A stretch of 64,000 nucleotides of DNA from Girardia tigrina (Eukaryota), in assembly GCA_001938485.1 (NCBI GenBank), contig MQRK01222230.1, forward strand, positions 1-64,000, given 5' to 3'. The position numbers and the translations under genes were made by a program. Of the stretch, positions 51,617-64,000 are shown piece by piece. Position 1 is the stretch's first letter. Every line of letters begins with the position of its first letter. The notes beneath the pieces were generated by a model. That model did not search any database. It was given only the letters and a program-made list of their open reading frames with translations, and was not told where the DNA came from.

Positions 51617-52090
51617 TGTGGAATATTCAATAAAATTATTGAATCTCTGGATTTTGAGTATTTTACTTATTAGCAACATCACAATTTGCATGAACACATT
51701 TATTAACTACACAAACAGACATATTTTCAGTAGCATTCTTTGTGGAAAGCATCGTTCTTGATTAATATGTTTTTTGTATATCTATTCAAATCTTTGCTTA
51801 ATGAATGAGATATTGATAATACTAACTTTTAATTTCTCAAAATTTTATTTTATAGAAATGCATTAAGTAAATTTTAAAATAAACATTATTTATTTCAACA
51901 AGTTAAATAGTTTACTAAAAATATTATTAAAATTAATAATTATAAAACTTTTTAATTAATTAGTATTTAGACATTAATCTCATTAGATTAAAATAATTAA
52001 TCAATTTATCAATCCCATCTGAGTAGGAGAGTCACCAATCTAAGCAGCATACAAATAATAAACTTACAATATTCAGAATTTTCCCTCACA
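51617..52090 (-). mobile_element. Solo LTR
   Basis: TG...CA; similar to 18951-19408 (ctctcctactcagatgggattgat; caaattgtgatgttg). Confidence 0.75.
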
Positions 52091-53008
52091 GTACCATTTT
52101 CCATAATTTTCTTGTGTTAAAAAAGAACCTTTTGGTGGATTAAGTGGTGGAAACGGCACTCCAAAGACCAAACTATTAAATTCAGCAGTTACCATCGAAT
52201 TATTTGGTCAAACATTTTCAAGTAGTACTGAATACTTCGGTATTCAACATTGATCCCACAGCTGCACTTGTACAGAAAACAAAATGTTCTCCTTATTTGA
52301 GTGGTCATTTTTCCACTCCATCTTACTCTTGTTCGTGTTTCCTCTCATGGAAGTATTCTTACTGTACTACTTAATCTATATACTTTCCTTCCAAATAAAA
52401 CTTCTGCCAGGCTCCGTTCGATTGATTTCTGATGTGTTGCATTAATCGTAAATTTCCTATGAGATAAAATCTCGACCCGATTCGTTTCTTTCTTTTCTTA
52501 AATACTAACCTGGATGTATTCCTGTTTAATACTGAATTAAATTTTTAACATATAATTTTTTATAATTTCTGGAAAAAACAATTATAAACATACAGATATA
52601 TTTCTTTAATTTCTTTAATTTATTATTGTTTTGAAATTTCCGTAAAACCCTTTTATTTTTATGTTATTATTTACTTTTATGTTATTACCAATTTAAACCA
52701 CAGAAGAGATACTATTTTTACAATGTAACTATTTTTTTAATCTGGAAATTTAAAATAAACTTCTTCAAATACATTATTTTCTACTCCAAAATTATAAAAT
52801 AAATAAGTATACAAATGTATTTTTAATACATACAAGAAATTTTAATATTATAATTTTAACTATCGGTCATTAATAGAAAATATATGATGTATACATCAGT
52901 TTAACAAGGGTTTAGTTAAATTTAGGGTTTAGTTTACTTAATTGAAGTATAGTTTACACTTTTTCGAAATATTCATAGACTAAAATATTCATAAAAGAAC
53001 TAATTTAC

Positions 53009-53293
53009 TTGACGGTACATCGATAGATAGCTCGACATGACTGCGATAAAATTTTTTTATCCAACAGTAACATGTACAAGAAAAATTGGTTCCATATAAA
53101 AAATTCATTTTAATTTTTATTTTAAATGATGATTTTTGTGTTTTGTAACATACGTAATCTAGGTAAGCACTTCTGGTATGGCAAAAGTTACAATCCCATC
53201 CGATACCCTGATATGGAATTGATATTGTCAGATTACAATACATTGTCTTGTTCAATTGAAAAGGAAGAGGATGTATTTTTAGAAATGGGACAA
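53009..53293 (-). CDS. Multi-Ig receptor exon 2 (WxC/CxC Ig-like domain)
   Basis: Acceptor ttattttcag, donor gtaaat, phase 1/1, 285 nt open: VPFLKIHPLPFQLNKTMYC...IGWDC...FSCTCYC. Confidence 0.88.
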
Positions 53294-53799
53294 CTGAAAA
53301 TAAAAGTTGTTATATTGATCAAACTTTAAATTTGCATAAAATATTTTTATCTAAGTATATCTAAGATATCTTAAATATTTTAAAACGTCGAGTTGTTTAA
53401 TTAATTATTAAAAGTTAAATAATCACTTAAATTAAACTAATATTTCATAAATAATATTTTAATAATAATTTCTTAAAATAAAAAAATTATTTTAAATTTC
53501 AATTATAAATAATTTTTGTAATAATTAAATTGTATTTTAAATTTGTTTGAATAATAAGACGTTAAAGAATAATACAGGGTTTGTCAGCACATTTCAGAAT
53601 GACATCATCACATTTAAGATTTTTGTAAATCAATTTAAGAATTTTGTACATCCGTTTAAGAAATGTAAAATCAATTTAAGAATTTTGTAAATCAGTTTAA
53701 GAATTTTGTATTTCCATTTAAGAAATTCGTCAATTCATTTATGACTTTGTGTAAATATTGCGAAATATACAAGTTTACAAATACCTAAATCACAGAAAC

Positions 53800-54550
53800 A
53801 AAAACTAAAATGAATCTTCTTGTTACTAATCACAATTACAAAATGCCACACTCCTCAGCTACTGTCTAAAATAGTGTAATGAAATTTTTCGATGAAAAAA
53901 GGTGAAACTATGGTTTCTTAAACTATGGTATTTATTCCACAAAAAAATTGAAAATGAGGAAAATTTTACAATTACAGTAGATTATTGGACAGATAAAGCT
54001 ATGCTAAGATATCTAAATGTTACATTACAGTCGGTTGATACACAATACCTTCGAAAAAACAGAAGAAAGACTTCCGGAATATGGTGTTATTTTAATCGAG
54101 ATATTATTCCATCAACACATGATGGCGCAAGTGTCAAATTTCTGCTGAAATTCAATGTTTCTTTAATCATGCAATACATTTGATTGCAATATTTTGCATT
54201 AGACTGTAATTGAAATATTTTACATTAAACGTAAGCTCAATGGTAATAATTCTACTGATGTTGAAGATGAGTATGATGATGACGAGAATAATGACGAGAA
54301 TGAAGTTAAGTATAAAATGAAGGTATAATTGAATCTGGTATGCTCCTTCAGTTTTGCCCAGGGTATGATGTAGCGCTAGCAGAAATACTTTAGTTTTTTT
54401 AAATATTACTTTTTTAAAGAAACAAACTATTTTTATATAATTTTAACGAATTTCTTTGAATTTTTCAAATTAACCGGGTAACTCGGGTAGTTTCGAGAAT
54501 TACTACTCGAATACCCGGGTATTTTCAAATCGGGTAATTTGAAAACACTA
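53800..54550 (+). mobile_element. Degenerate Ac-like hAT remnant
   Basis: ITVDYWTD....YLNVTL and STHDGASV; terminus ...aaaacacta. Confidence 0.6.
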
Positions 54551-55132
54551 GTTTTTTTTATAATCGACCTTCTTTACATTCCGACGCAAACGTAACATTC
54601 AATACAAGAATAATTCTTATTTAAATCTTTCTCGTGTTAGTGCATGTGTAGAGAAAGGAAGGTGTTTGATAATAGATTGCATAGATTGACAGAAAAGTAA
54701 GGCTATTAATCGCATATATGGATGTAACTGAAGACACACTGTCAATTGATCGTAATGATCACATTCTGCAGTATTTAAATCCAAATGGTACCTTTAGGTG
54801 CATTTATTCAAAATAATTCCATCTTCAATAATGATTGAAGATGTATCCATATAATATAAAATCATTTATTCATAAAAATGCTTTGTACTAGAATGTCAGT
54901 TGGTAGAGGCTGAGAAAACCTGATTGAAAATGAAAGACTTCAAAACAAATAATTTAAAAAACACAAATAGAAAATATTAATATATTGCTTCAAAGTCTCT
55001 CTCTGGCTCCGGCCATCCGGCCACTAATTTTCCGGTGAATCCCTAATAATTACGATTAGCTTAAATTTAAAATAGACAAATAAACCGGCGCCAAAAACCA
55101 CTGTACCCCATTAAAAACCCGAAAATGATTAC

Positions 55133-55502
55133 TTTTTGCGTGAAGAATCTCAAAACTTTCGTAAATGACGCCGCCCGTTAAGTATTCACAAATAATCTTT
55201 ATGTCAATGTTGGAAAATTCGATATTAATAGTCAAATTTTCTTGAGACACGGAAAACCGGGGAATAATGTAGGAATTTTCGAAATCGGTAAACTCATTCG
55301 AGTTGCCCGCAGACGGCAATTTTATTCGGTTATTGTGCATCTCCAATATGAATGTATATACACCTTTGATCGAGTCATTCTTTGCCTCACATTTGGCCAC
55401 AGATTTATATCCGACATTTCTAATCTCAACACTCACACAATCGCTCTCAATCATCAAATGGACGTATAACATTAGGGAAAGAAGTGAAGAACCAATTGAC
55501 AT
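55133..55502 (-). CDS. Multi-Ig receptor first coding exon: signal peptide + V-like domain
   Basis: ATG preceded by an in-frame stop; hydrophobic leader MSIGSSLLSLMLYVHLMIES; AKC...LTINI...IICEY Cys pair ~67 aa apart; donor gtaatc in phase 1. Confidence 0.8.
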
Positions 55503-55928
55503 TAAAATATCAATTTAAGGAGAATCTTTTGTTTTCAGAAACTAAAATAATCCAATTTACGAAGTTTTTTTACTGTTTTTTATCAGAAAAATATAATAAT
55601 TTAATTCACCTGTCGATACTACGGAACGGCAGCTCAGTTCAAAAGATACAAATTTAAAATCAAAGTTAATTGTTGTAATTTAAATTTGATTTATTGATAC
55701 GAATAAACAAATGTTTGATGTTTATAATAATTAGCAGTTTTTATTTATAGTATTTGTAATATGAGATTTTCTATAGTTTTGTTGCCATGATTTAGCTCAC
55801 TTCATTTTAATATCATGGATATCGGCGAATTGTGTAATGAATTTTGTTACTTTTTTTAAATTTTTGAAATAAAAATAAAAAAAACATTTTAAATTAATAT
55901 TAAGTTATAAAATAAATAATATTATTAA

Positions 55929-56150
55929 CCCTTTCCTGACTATTGATGTCATATGGAATCATGTTTCATTTTAATATTTTATAGGTATCTATGGAAAAAA
56001 TATGAATAAAATTTTTATCCTGATGAATAAGGAAGATTTTTCTTTTAAAGAAAAATTATTTTAACACGTATTTTGTCAACCGTCCTTTTATTTTATCATT
56101 TAAAAATTGCAGAAAGTGATTTAAGGATTTTTAATTCAGCCAGGAAAGGG
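55929..56150. mobile_element. piggyBac-type MITE
   Basis: TTAA TSD; TIRs ccctttcctg / caggaaaggg. Confidence 0.9.
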
Positions 56151-56475
56151 TTAATAAAAAAAATTTTTATAAAAACAACCACGTTTTTCAAGCATTACCA
56201 ATGCACTAAAAAGAGGAAAATAATTTTTTTTCTAGACATGTGAGAAATTTTATACCTAACCAAAAAGGTGGGGCGCATTTCTGAATTACTGCTATTAGTA
56301 ACTGCTATTTCCTCTTTACTGCTTTTTAGTAACAATCGATCATTTCTATGCCCCACGTTTTTGGTTTGGTATAAAATTTCTCACATGTCTAGAAAAAAAT
56401 TATTTTCCTCTTTTTAATGCATTGGTAATGCTTAAAAAACGTGGTTGTTTTTATAAAAAAATTGTTTTTATTAAT
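56151..56475. repeat. Fold-back with ~125-bp arms; related arm at 57147-57227
   Basis: 56151-56275 is the reverse complement of ~56350-56475. Confidence 0.85.
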
Positions 56476-56739
56476 AATATTATTTAACTATTTTTAGTTA
56501 TTATTTAGGAATTCAAATCGTTCGATTGATTTCGAATAACAGAAATGATAATAAAACCAAAATAAAACTTTTTAAACCTAATTTTAATACTTATACACTT
56601 AATTATCACTTGATTTTCACAATATTTGTTCAATTTATTAATTTTTTCAGTACATCATTAACACGGATTATTTTCCCGTATAAGACATAAGCTATTTAAT
56701 TATAGCATATACGGTAAATGTAATGCCGTAAATGTTTTA

Positions 56740-57570
56740 AAATATTGTATTGTCATCGGAAGCAAGCCTGTATAAAAAAATTCAGCTCAATTGGATGACT
56801 GAAAGTGGTCGAAAAATCAATCGCAAGATTTCTTCCAGACAGACAAACAGATAGACAGACAAGAAACTAAGCTAAGAAAAACGTGGTAAAAATATAAATT
56901 TATTGCAAAAATAAGTAATGATGATAAAATGTGGTTTTAAGTTTCCATATTAATAATTGTAGAAATAATGAATCCGATAAATTAATGAACCCACTATTTC
57001 TATTAAATTAACTAGAATAATTGTCCTATTAGGTCGACAGTGATGACCGGTGAATTATTCTATCTGCTTTAAGAATAGCTAAGTTAATTTAACTAATACG
57101 TTAAATGAACCTAACTATCCAAAGATGAAAATAAAAAAGTTTTAAAAACCACGTTTTCATATGGACTAAAAGGAGGAAAATAATTTTTTTCTAGACATGT
57201 GAGAAATTTTATACCTAACCAAAAACGTTATTATTATTTTCATATTTTTTAATAGTATTATTATACTACTTAGTATTAATATACTACATATTATTATAAG
57301 TAGTATACCAAGATTTAATTTTATAATTTATAAATTTTATATTTTAATTTAGTCCATATAAAATTAATTAATTTGAATTTATTAGAGCATTTTTGAGATG
57401 CAGAGATACTAAAATCTCAAAATGTCAGGCAGAAGAAGCCTACATAAAAAATTTCAGAACGATCGGATGAGTGGAAGTGGTCTAAAAAAGCGTGTGAAAA
57501 GTGAAGCATCACAAACAAACAGAAAGACAGACAGAACCCAAAGCAAGTTAAGTAAAACGTGGTAAAATGA
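56740..57570 (+). mobile_element. DINE-1/Helentron-like non-autonomous element ends (two copies)
   Basis: aaatttcag..cggatgagtggaagtgg, (acag)n tract and terminal aaaacgtggtaaaa at ~56760-56890 and ~57436-57570; family assignment is inference. Confidence 0.5.
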
Positions 57571-58618
57571 TAAAAATTAACGAAAGTTTTAAAATTATAT
57601 AATTTACTAACAATAACTGAATGCTTTCTAACTTTACAAAATAACAAATAGTTACTTCTTGGGTTGCAAAAGCGATAATCGATGTTTCAAAAAAATATAG
57701 TTTTTTCTTTTTTTCGCACACAAAGATAAAAATCGTTTTAGTTGTCGTTGAGAAATATTGCCAGTTACTTCAAAAATAAAAACTGTTTAGTTGTCGATGA
57801 GGTATGTTTTTTGTAAGAATAATTTGGGCGAGTTGATGAATTAAATTAAATTGTCTTTTATTTAGATGGCGAATAAACTGTTAACAAGACGTAACAATTA
57901 ATTCGGATATAAAATGATTCGGAGGAAAAAATAATTCTGCGGTAAGTAAGTTAATACAGTATTAATTAAAATTTATCGATTTGAATTTTTTAAAATTAAA
58001 TTCAAATTTTCATAATACAATTAATTTTAATATTATAATAATCTACCAGTTTCTTTCTTTTTTGTTTTTAATTGATCATGATCTCGTTTAACTCTTCTTT
58101 AACGGAACGAAAATTTTTTTTCTAAAACTTCTTCATTTCACTTTTAGCCTCTGATTATTTTTCTTCTTCCAAAAATAAATAAATACACATAAATACAAAC
58201 ACAAAAAATAAAAAAAATTGACGAATCCCATATAAAAATAAATAAGAAATAAAAAAATGATCTTGTACAATCAGCAAAAATAAATGGAAAGAAAAACACG
58301 TGAAAATATCGGACAGTCCGTTCGTTTAAGTGAGGTATCACAATAATATTTAAAATGTTAAAGATAACATTTGAATTAATAAAAGTTGAAATTAAATAGA
58401 TTTAAAAAACGAATTAAATTTAAAATTAATAAATAAAATAAATTTGAAAACGATAGAAATATAAGATCCGAAAAATAGTTTAACACAATTTATTAAACTT
58501 TAAAAGTGAATACAATTTGAAAAGAACTAAATATCATAATATATATGAAATTTTAATGAAGTTTAATGAAATGTTTATTCAAAGGAAGATACCATATTTA
58601 AAAACAATATATACACAC

Positions 58619-61298
58619 TATGGTTATGATAGAAAAATTTTTTCACTGTTTCCAAATTGGCATACTTGTATGAGATGAGTTTCTTTAAGTAGAATACGAA
58701 AGTAATATTCATTTTATGAAATCTTTTAAAAAGTTTCCCTATCAAATAAATTGTTTATATACCTTTTACATATATGTGGTAATTACACATGAAATTGTGT
58801 CATTCATTTATTATGCCATTGATGTAGGAAGAAATTCTTACGCTGCTGAATCAGTTCTGATATATAAACATTGAAAAGGCGCCAAGAAAGTTATTAGCCA
58901 CAAATACGTATAGTGAGTCATATATTATTAAACATTCAGGCTTTATATGATTTGTAAATGTTATATTTTGCTGTAGGAATGGCATATAGAAAATCACAGG
59001 AAGCAGTTGAAAGAAATTTTTCCTTATGGTCAAAAAATTTAGTCAACTTTGAAGATTCCTTGAAAAAGCAGCAGGAAGTACAACTGGTGGAAATCAGGTA
59101 AAGTGATAGGTGCAAAATGCCAAATCAATTTGTCATATTGGGTCGATATTTATATCTTGCTGGAAATATCAAATCAATAAATGTAAGAACAAAAGAAATA
59201 GTTGCTGAAATCAAAGATCTGTAGCAAAAATTTAGCTTTCCCTGAGAAAGTGAACGATCTATACAAAGAAAAGTCGAAAATATTATTGCAAATTATCAAA
59301 AATATCAGAAGACCTGAAGGTGATTCAGTTTCCTTTTTCTCGAAGTTATTTGACATCATAGATATCAAAGGATGCTGGATGAACAGGGAAGATAAAGAAT
59401 TCTACAATCTACAACCATCTTCAAATGGTGGAGCTGAATATTCAACTGAAAAGGAAGCTCCCCAGGGGTCAATTCATCTATTTAAACGAAGACTGCAATT
59501 TCAACCATATTTACAACTGTTAGGAACGACATTAGTCGTATAAATGTCTCTTGTTTCTTCCGACATTCAAATAACGAAAAAAATACGCCTGGATTAAAAT
59601 AATTTATTACATGAAAATTTTTGAATTTTCACACAAAATTTCTGTTTATTTAAACCACTGTATTTATTTGAGGATATTTTTAGTATTTCTATTTTTAAAC
59701 GCTTCTTATAAATATGGATATGGATACAGATATAGAAATTTAATAATATTAATAATTATTTAAATGTTGAAAATTAAAATATCTTCTAAATTATACTTAC
59801 AAATCTTACATCAACTATCAAGATCATCTGCTGTCCCAACAAATGTTACTGAAACACTTTCATCGGAGTCATCAAGTGAAGAATCGTCACATTATTAACA
59901 TTATGATACTAGGAAACAAAAAAGACGAAGACAATCAACAAAAAGTGCTGTTAAACTTGTTACAAAAGGAAATCTCTCAACAAATAAAGCTTCAAAGGTA
60001 TTAAATATACTTACTGAAGATGGATATGATGTTCCGATTCCTTCACAATCTGGTGTTTATAAAGCAGTCTACAGAGAAGCACAACGACTAGTCATGTATT
60101 GTAAAGATTGTCTCAAAAATTATCAATAGTCACTTCATTTTGATGGTAAGAATCTAGAAGGTGAAAAACAAGTTGTTGTCCTGAAAAACACTACAAATGA
60201 AATATGTTTGGCTGTCCTCTCGCCGGAAAATGGAAAAGCTGATAGAATTTGTTCTGTAATATCAGCTGTTTAAACGGAGTTTGACTTATTTCAAGATGTT
60301 AAAATGATTATTTGTGATACAACCAGTGTGAACACTGGCAAAAATAATGGTTTTGTTGCGAAGATACAGAACCATTTTATGACGGCTTATGGCTTTTGTC
60401 CTCAATATTTTTCCTGTCAATATCATGTATTGGACAGGGTTCTAAGGTTGGCAATGAATTATGTCCTTCAATCTGATACATCAAGCCCAAATATTTCGTA
60501 TTCTTTTGTGGGTAAACTGAACCGTGATTATGAAAATCTGAAAGTGATTTTCGTTCACAAACAGACAGGCCACAACTCAATGAAGAAACTGTGGGATGGC
60601 CAGATGACATGAAGTTTCTTAACCACCTATGTAATGTCTTCAATTACTATGAAAGGTATCAAATCTTTCCATAAATTCGAATCCATGCACTTCCACAATA
60701 CCCGTTGGAATTCTCGTGCCATTTTTGAACTCCTTGCATTTATATTACTTCCTCAAACACGTACAAGCGAGTTTGAAAATTTATGTGCATTCATAGCAGG
60801 TCCTTGGTGCCGCTCTTGGTTCTCTGATCAAAAAGATTGACAATCAGCAGCTGATGTGTTGAAGCCACAATTACAACAATATCCCAAAGCATTTCAACAT
60901 CAGATTCAGTTATTGATGGAATTCAAAGGAATAATCAGTGTACAGAACGTGCTATTCAAAGTATGGAGAAGATGTTTCCAAGGTGTAAATCGGCTGAGAA
61001 GTTGGAAGACAGGTTTATTTTGATTAACAATAAATTTCCCTGACTCTTAGAACTATGAACAATTGAATTTTTTCCTTAAACAGCATTTGTCTTGAAATAA
61101 ATATGTTTTGCTAGAAATTTTTGTATGCATTACTGGTTATAATAAGGCTCGGTAGAAAAATGGTTTGGTGGGGGAACTTTTTTTCTTGCTGTCATCTGAA
61201 ATGAACAAATTTGTAAATCTGGTGCTAAAACTTTTTATTGCAAAAATAAATCTTTTCCTACTATGCCAATATGTGGTTAGAAAAAAGTCATAACCCTA
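58619..61298 (+). mobile_element. hAT-superfamily (hATm-like) transposon, degenerate
   Basis: Termini tatggttatga / tcataacccta; perfect 8-bp TSD atacacac; SLHFDGK, CDTTSVNTG..NG, CQYHVLD..LR, TRWNSRAI, NNQCTERAI. Confidence 0.88.
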
Positions 61299-62877
61299 AT
61301 ACACACACATCCGATTTAATTTCCTCTTCCATTAAATTTATATTGGGTTGTTGCATAAGTTCCCGCCGTTACACGACACTATGACGGATTACCATCTCTT
61401 CCACTGCCTTTCAAATGAAATGAGGGGTGTTAGCTTCGAAAATCAGGATCATCTTGAGAATTGACTCAACAACTTCGCATCTACTGTGAAACCTTTCTGT
61501 TCAAGTTTCCAGAATGATAGTTCTTTTAAAATTTAAAATTATTTAAAATTTTATTTAAAAATTTCATTTAAAATTACCATAACCAATTTAAAGTTTAAAA
61601 GGATGTTTGAATGACTTATTAATAGCGAAATGACTAACTGATCCTTTTTTTATAATTACTTGTTCTTGAAGTGATGGTTACAGCGCCAAAGTATTTGACA
61701 AAATATACATTTCATTTGTTTTAAAGTTTTTTGATATAGTTGGAAAAAATCATAAATTAAAGTTCCTTTTTCAAAAAAAATCTTTTTATTATTTCAAAAA
61801 GATATTCCGATATTTTCAAGAAAATATGTTGAATAAAATCTTAATATGAATTATGATAATTTTTTAATTAATATAAAATTAAATTTCCACTTTTGATATT
61901 AAAAGATATACAAGATTTTGTAAAAAAAATATGACAAATATCACTAGTTAGTAATTAACTTCATAAAAATAGATAATAGAACAAATTTTAAAAGTATTTT
62001 TAGACTATATATCTTATTCATTTTATTTTTAAAAAATTCTTTTAGATTTACATTAAGATATTCCTGAACAATGTGTTATTCTTTGGCAGTTCATCTCTTC
62101 ATTAAATTCATTATATTGGTAGGTGAAGCAAAGTATTTTGACTCTTTTTGCATTCTGGATATTCGGCTTTCAGACATCTGAAAGTAAAAATACCTTCTTA
62201 ACAATTGCCCCTTCTGAATATATAAAATTTATCAAAGATTAAATGACAGAAGTAATGTAAGATTAACAAGGTGTTGAATTAGATTCAAGATCTCTCGCAA
62301 TTCCTCAAGACAATTTGATCTGTGAATACTTATAAAAAATATCTCATACTTTTGAATCAATTCCAATGGCACTTGATTAAATAAAATAAAACAGTGATTT
62401 ATAAAAAAACATTGATTTATGTTTAGACCTCTTCTGTTGATGAAGTATTATTTTCAAATATGTTAATAAAGCATCAATCAATTGTAAACCATTTTAATTT
62501 AATTCAATTTCCTTTCAAACTACAAGAAAAAAGAAATTACGATATTGAAAATACAAAAATCTAGTAAATCAAAAAATATTTTTATATCCATGGTTAATGC
62601 GGGCAGAACTCTGATTGGTTAGCAGAATTTTTTTATCTTTTGTGGACGAGAAAATTAGTATTCCATTTTTTAATAAATTTATCATGTTATTAGTAACTTT
62701 TTAATTGCCAAATGGAGTTGTAGAAGTTTTTGTATGAAATATTTCCTTCTACAAAAGATTTAAATAGTTACTAATAGCATAATAAATGTATTAAAAAAAT
62801 ATTAACTCCATGGATAAATTTAGAAAGCAAGTAAATATAACACATGGGAAAAAACCAAAACATTTCTATTTAATATA

Positions 62878-64000
62878 CAGGGTACCCAATAAAAAACCAA
62901 AGGACTTTATGAAACTAGTGTATTTATTTAAACACGTGATAAAGGCCTAAACAATCGCTTCCATATCAATATTCTGCCATGTGAGTTGTAAAACACTTTT
63001 AAGTGGGGACACGAAAATTAAGTCTCGGAAAACTAAGTCTCAGAAATTAAAAGTTTTTTTCATTATTGTAAGTCTCAGTGTTATTTTTGTAAACATAAAT
63101 TTTTAATATAATCTAAAATTTGTAAAATAAATTTCAAAAAATAAACAATTCCAGTAAAATTTAGAAAAAATGAAAAATTCAATTTTAAAGTATTATTTAA
63201 AATATTTCATTTAAAGATTTTCATTTGATTTTAATCTTAAATAATTTTAATTATTTAAATCTCGATCAATGAAAATTAACTAATCAATCATGCTCAAAAA
63301 ATTAAGTCTCGAATTGTTTGTTCATATTTTCTTATAATATTTTATATCTTATTAAATTATTTTTTTTCTAAAATTTATTGAATTTTTTATTTTTTCTAAA
63401 TTTTACTTGAGTTTTTAGATTTTTCTAAAATTTACCCTAATTTTTTATTTTTTCAAATTTTAATTTCAGAGACTTAATATTCCGAGACTTAGTTTTCTGA
63501 GACTTAATTGTCTTGCTCCGCTTTTAAGTTCATCAACCGTGGTAAAATCGATGCATACTGCTTGCAAGTGTTGAAGAAGAATTCCCTAGATCTATAATCC
63601 ATACCACTTAGGTCGGGACTTTTCGATGGCTACTCAGAATGCCTGATGAACTGAGGGGTGATCTTTTCTTACCAGTTAACTGTTGCCTATGCCGTATGAG
63701 GTGTTGTTTTAATTTTGCTAAATCCATTTTTCAGCGCCCATTACATCACTTATATCATTAACATCAATGGGTACATCTCATAACGATATACAATCTCGTT
63801 GATGGTTTTCTTCTTTCTTTTGGATGGAACCATATTGTCTTGACCTTCAGTTAATCCCTCAAGGAAACAACATAGTTTTCTTATGCCAAGATACCCTGGT
63901 ATAGTCCATTATTTATGGTTGTTGTTAATAAACTTCATCACAAGCTCATGTTCAGGTATCTTTGTTTTCAGTTCGACTGGAATATTACAATTTTTACTAC
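62878..64000 (-). mobile_element. Degenerate Tc1/mariner element, runs off window
   Basis: TIR cagggtacccaataaaaaaccaaaggactttatgaaac; reverse-strand TPHT and PSKSPDLSGMDY. Confidence 0.7.
63005..63520. mobile_element. MULE-type MITE
   Basis: 9-bp TSD cttttaagt; long imperfect TIRs with repeated aagtctc motifs. Confidence 0.85.

Overview
AT-rich eukaryotic (metazoan) DNA with GT-AG introns, minimal introns of about 45-50 nt and several N gaps. The composition and transposon set resemble a freshwater flatworm (planarian-like) genome, but that is inference only. Most of the window is decayed, often nested transposons: Penelope, Tc1/mariner (DD37D, DD41D), pogo/Tigger, Chapaev3, MULE, several hAT, piggyBac MITEs, Gypsy, a LINE, solo LTRs and DINE-like elements. 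Hidden among them on the minus strand is a roughly 38-kb host gene assembled by hand. It has a signal-peptide/V-like exon (55502), eight stop-free symmetric phase-1 exons of 285-339 nt (one beta-sandwich domain each) and a phase-1 transmembrane exon (17731), giving a type I membrane protein of more than 1000 aa. Five domains share an unusual 4-Cys Ig signature, P-x10-C-x11/12-W-x-C...C-x-C. Several decayed exon-like segments and a disrupted paralogous leader exon suggest exon-level birth and death. The window also holds two ribozyme classes: six minimal hammerheads in Penelope termini, and a complete HDV-like ribozyme forming the exact 5' end of a 295-bp non-coding retroposed element with a perfect 12-bp TSD.
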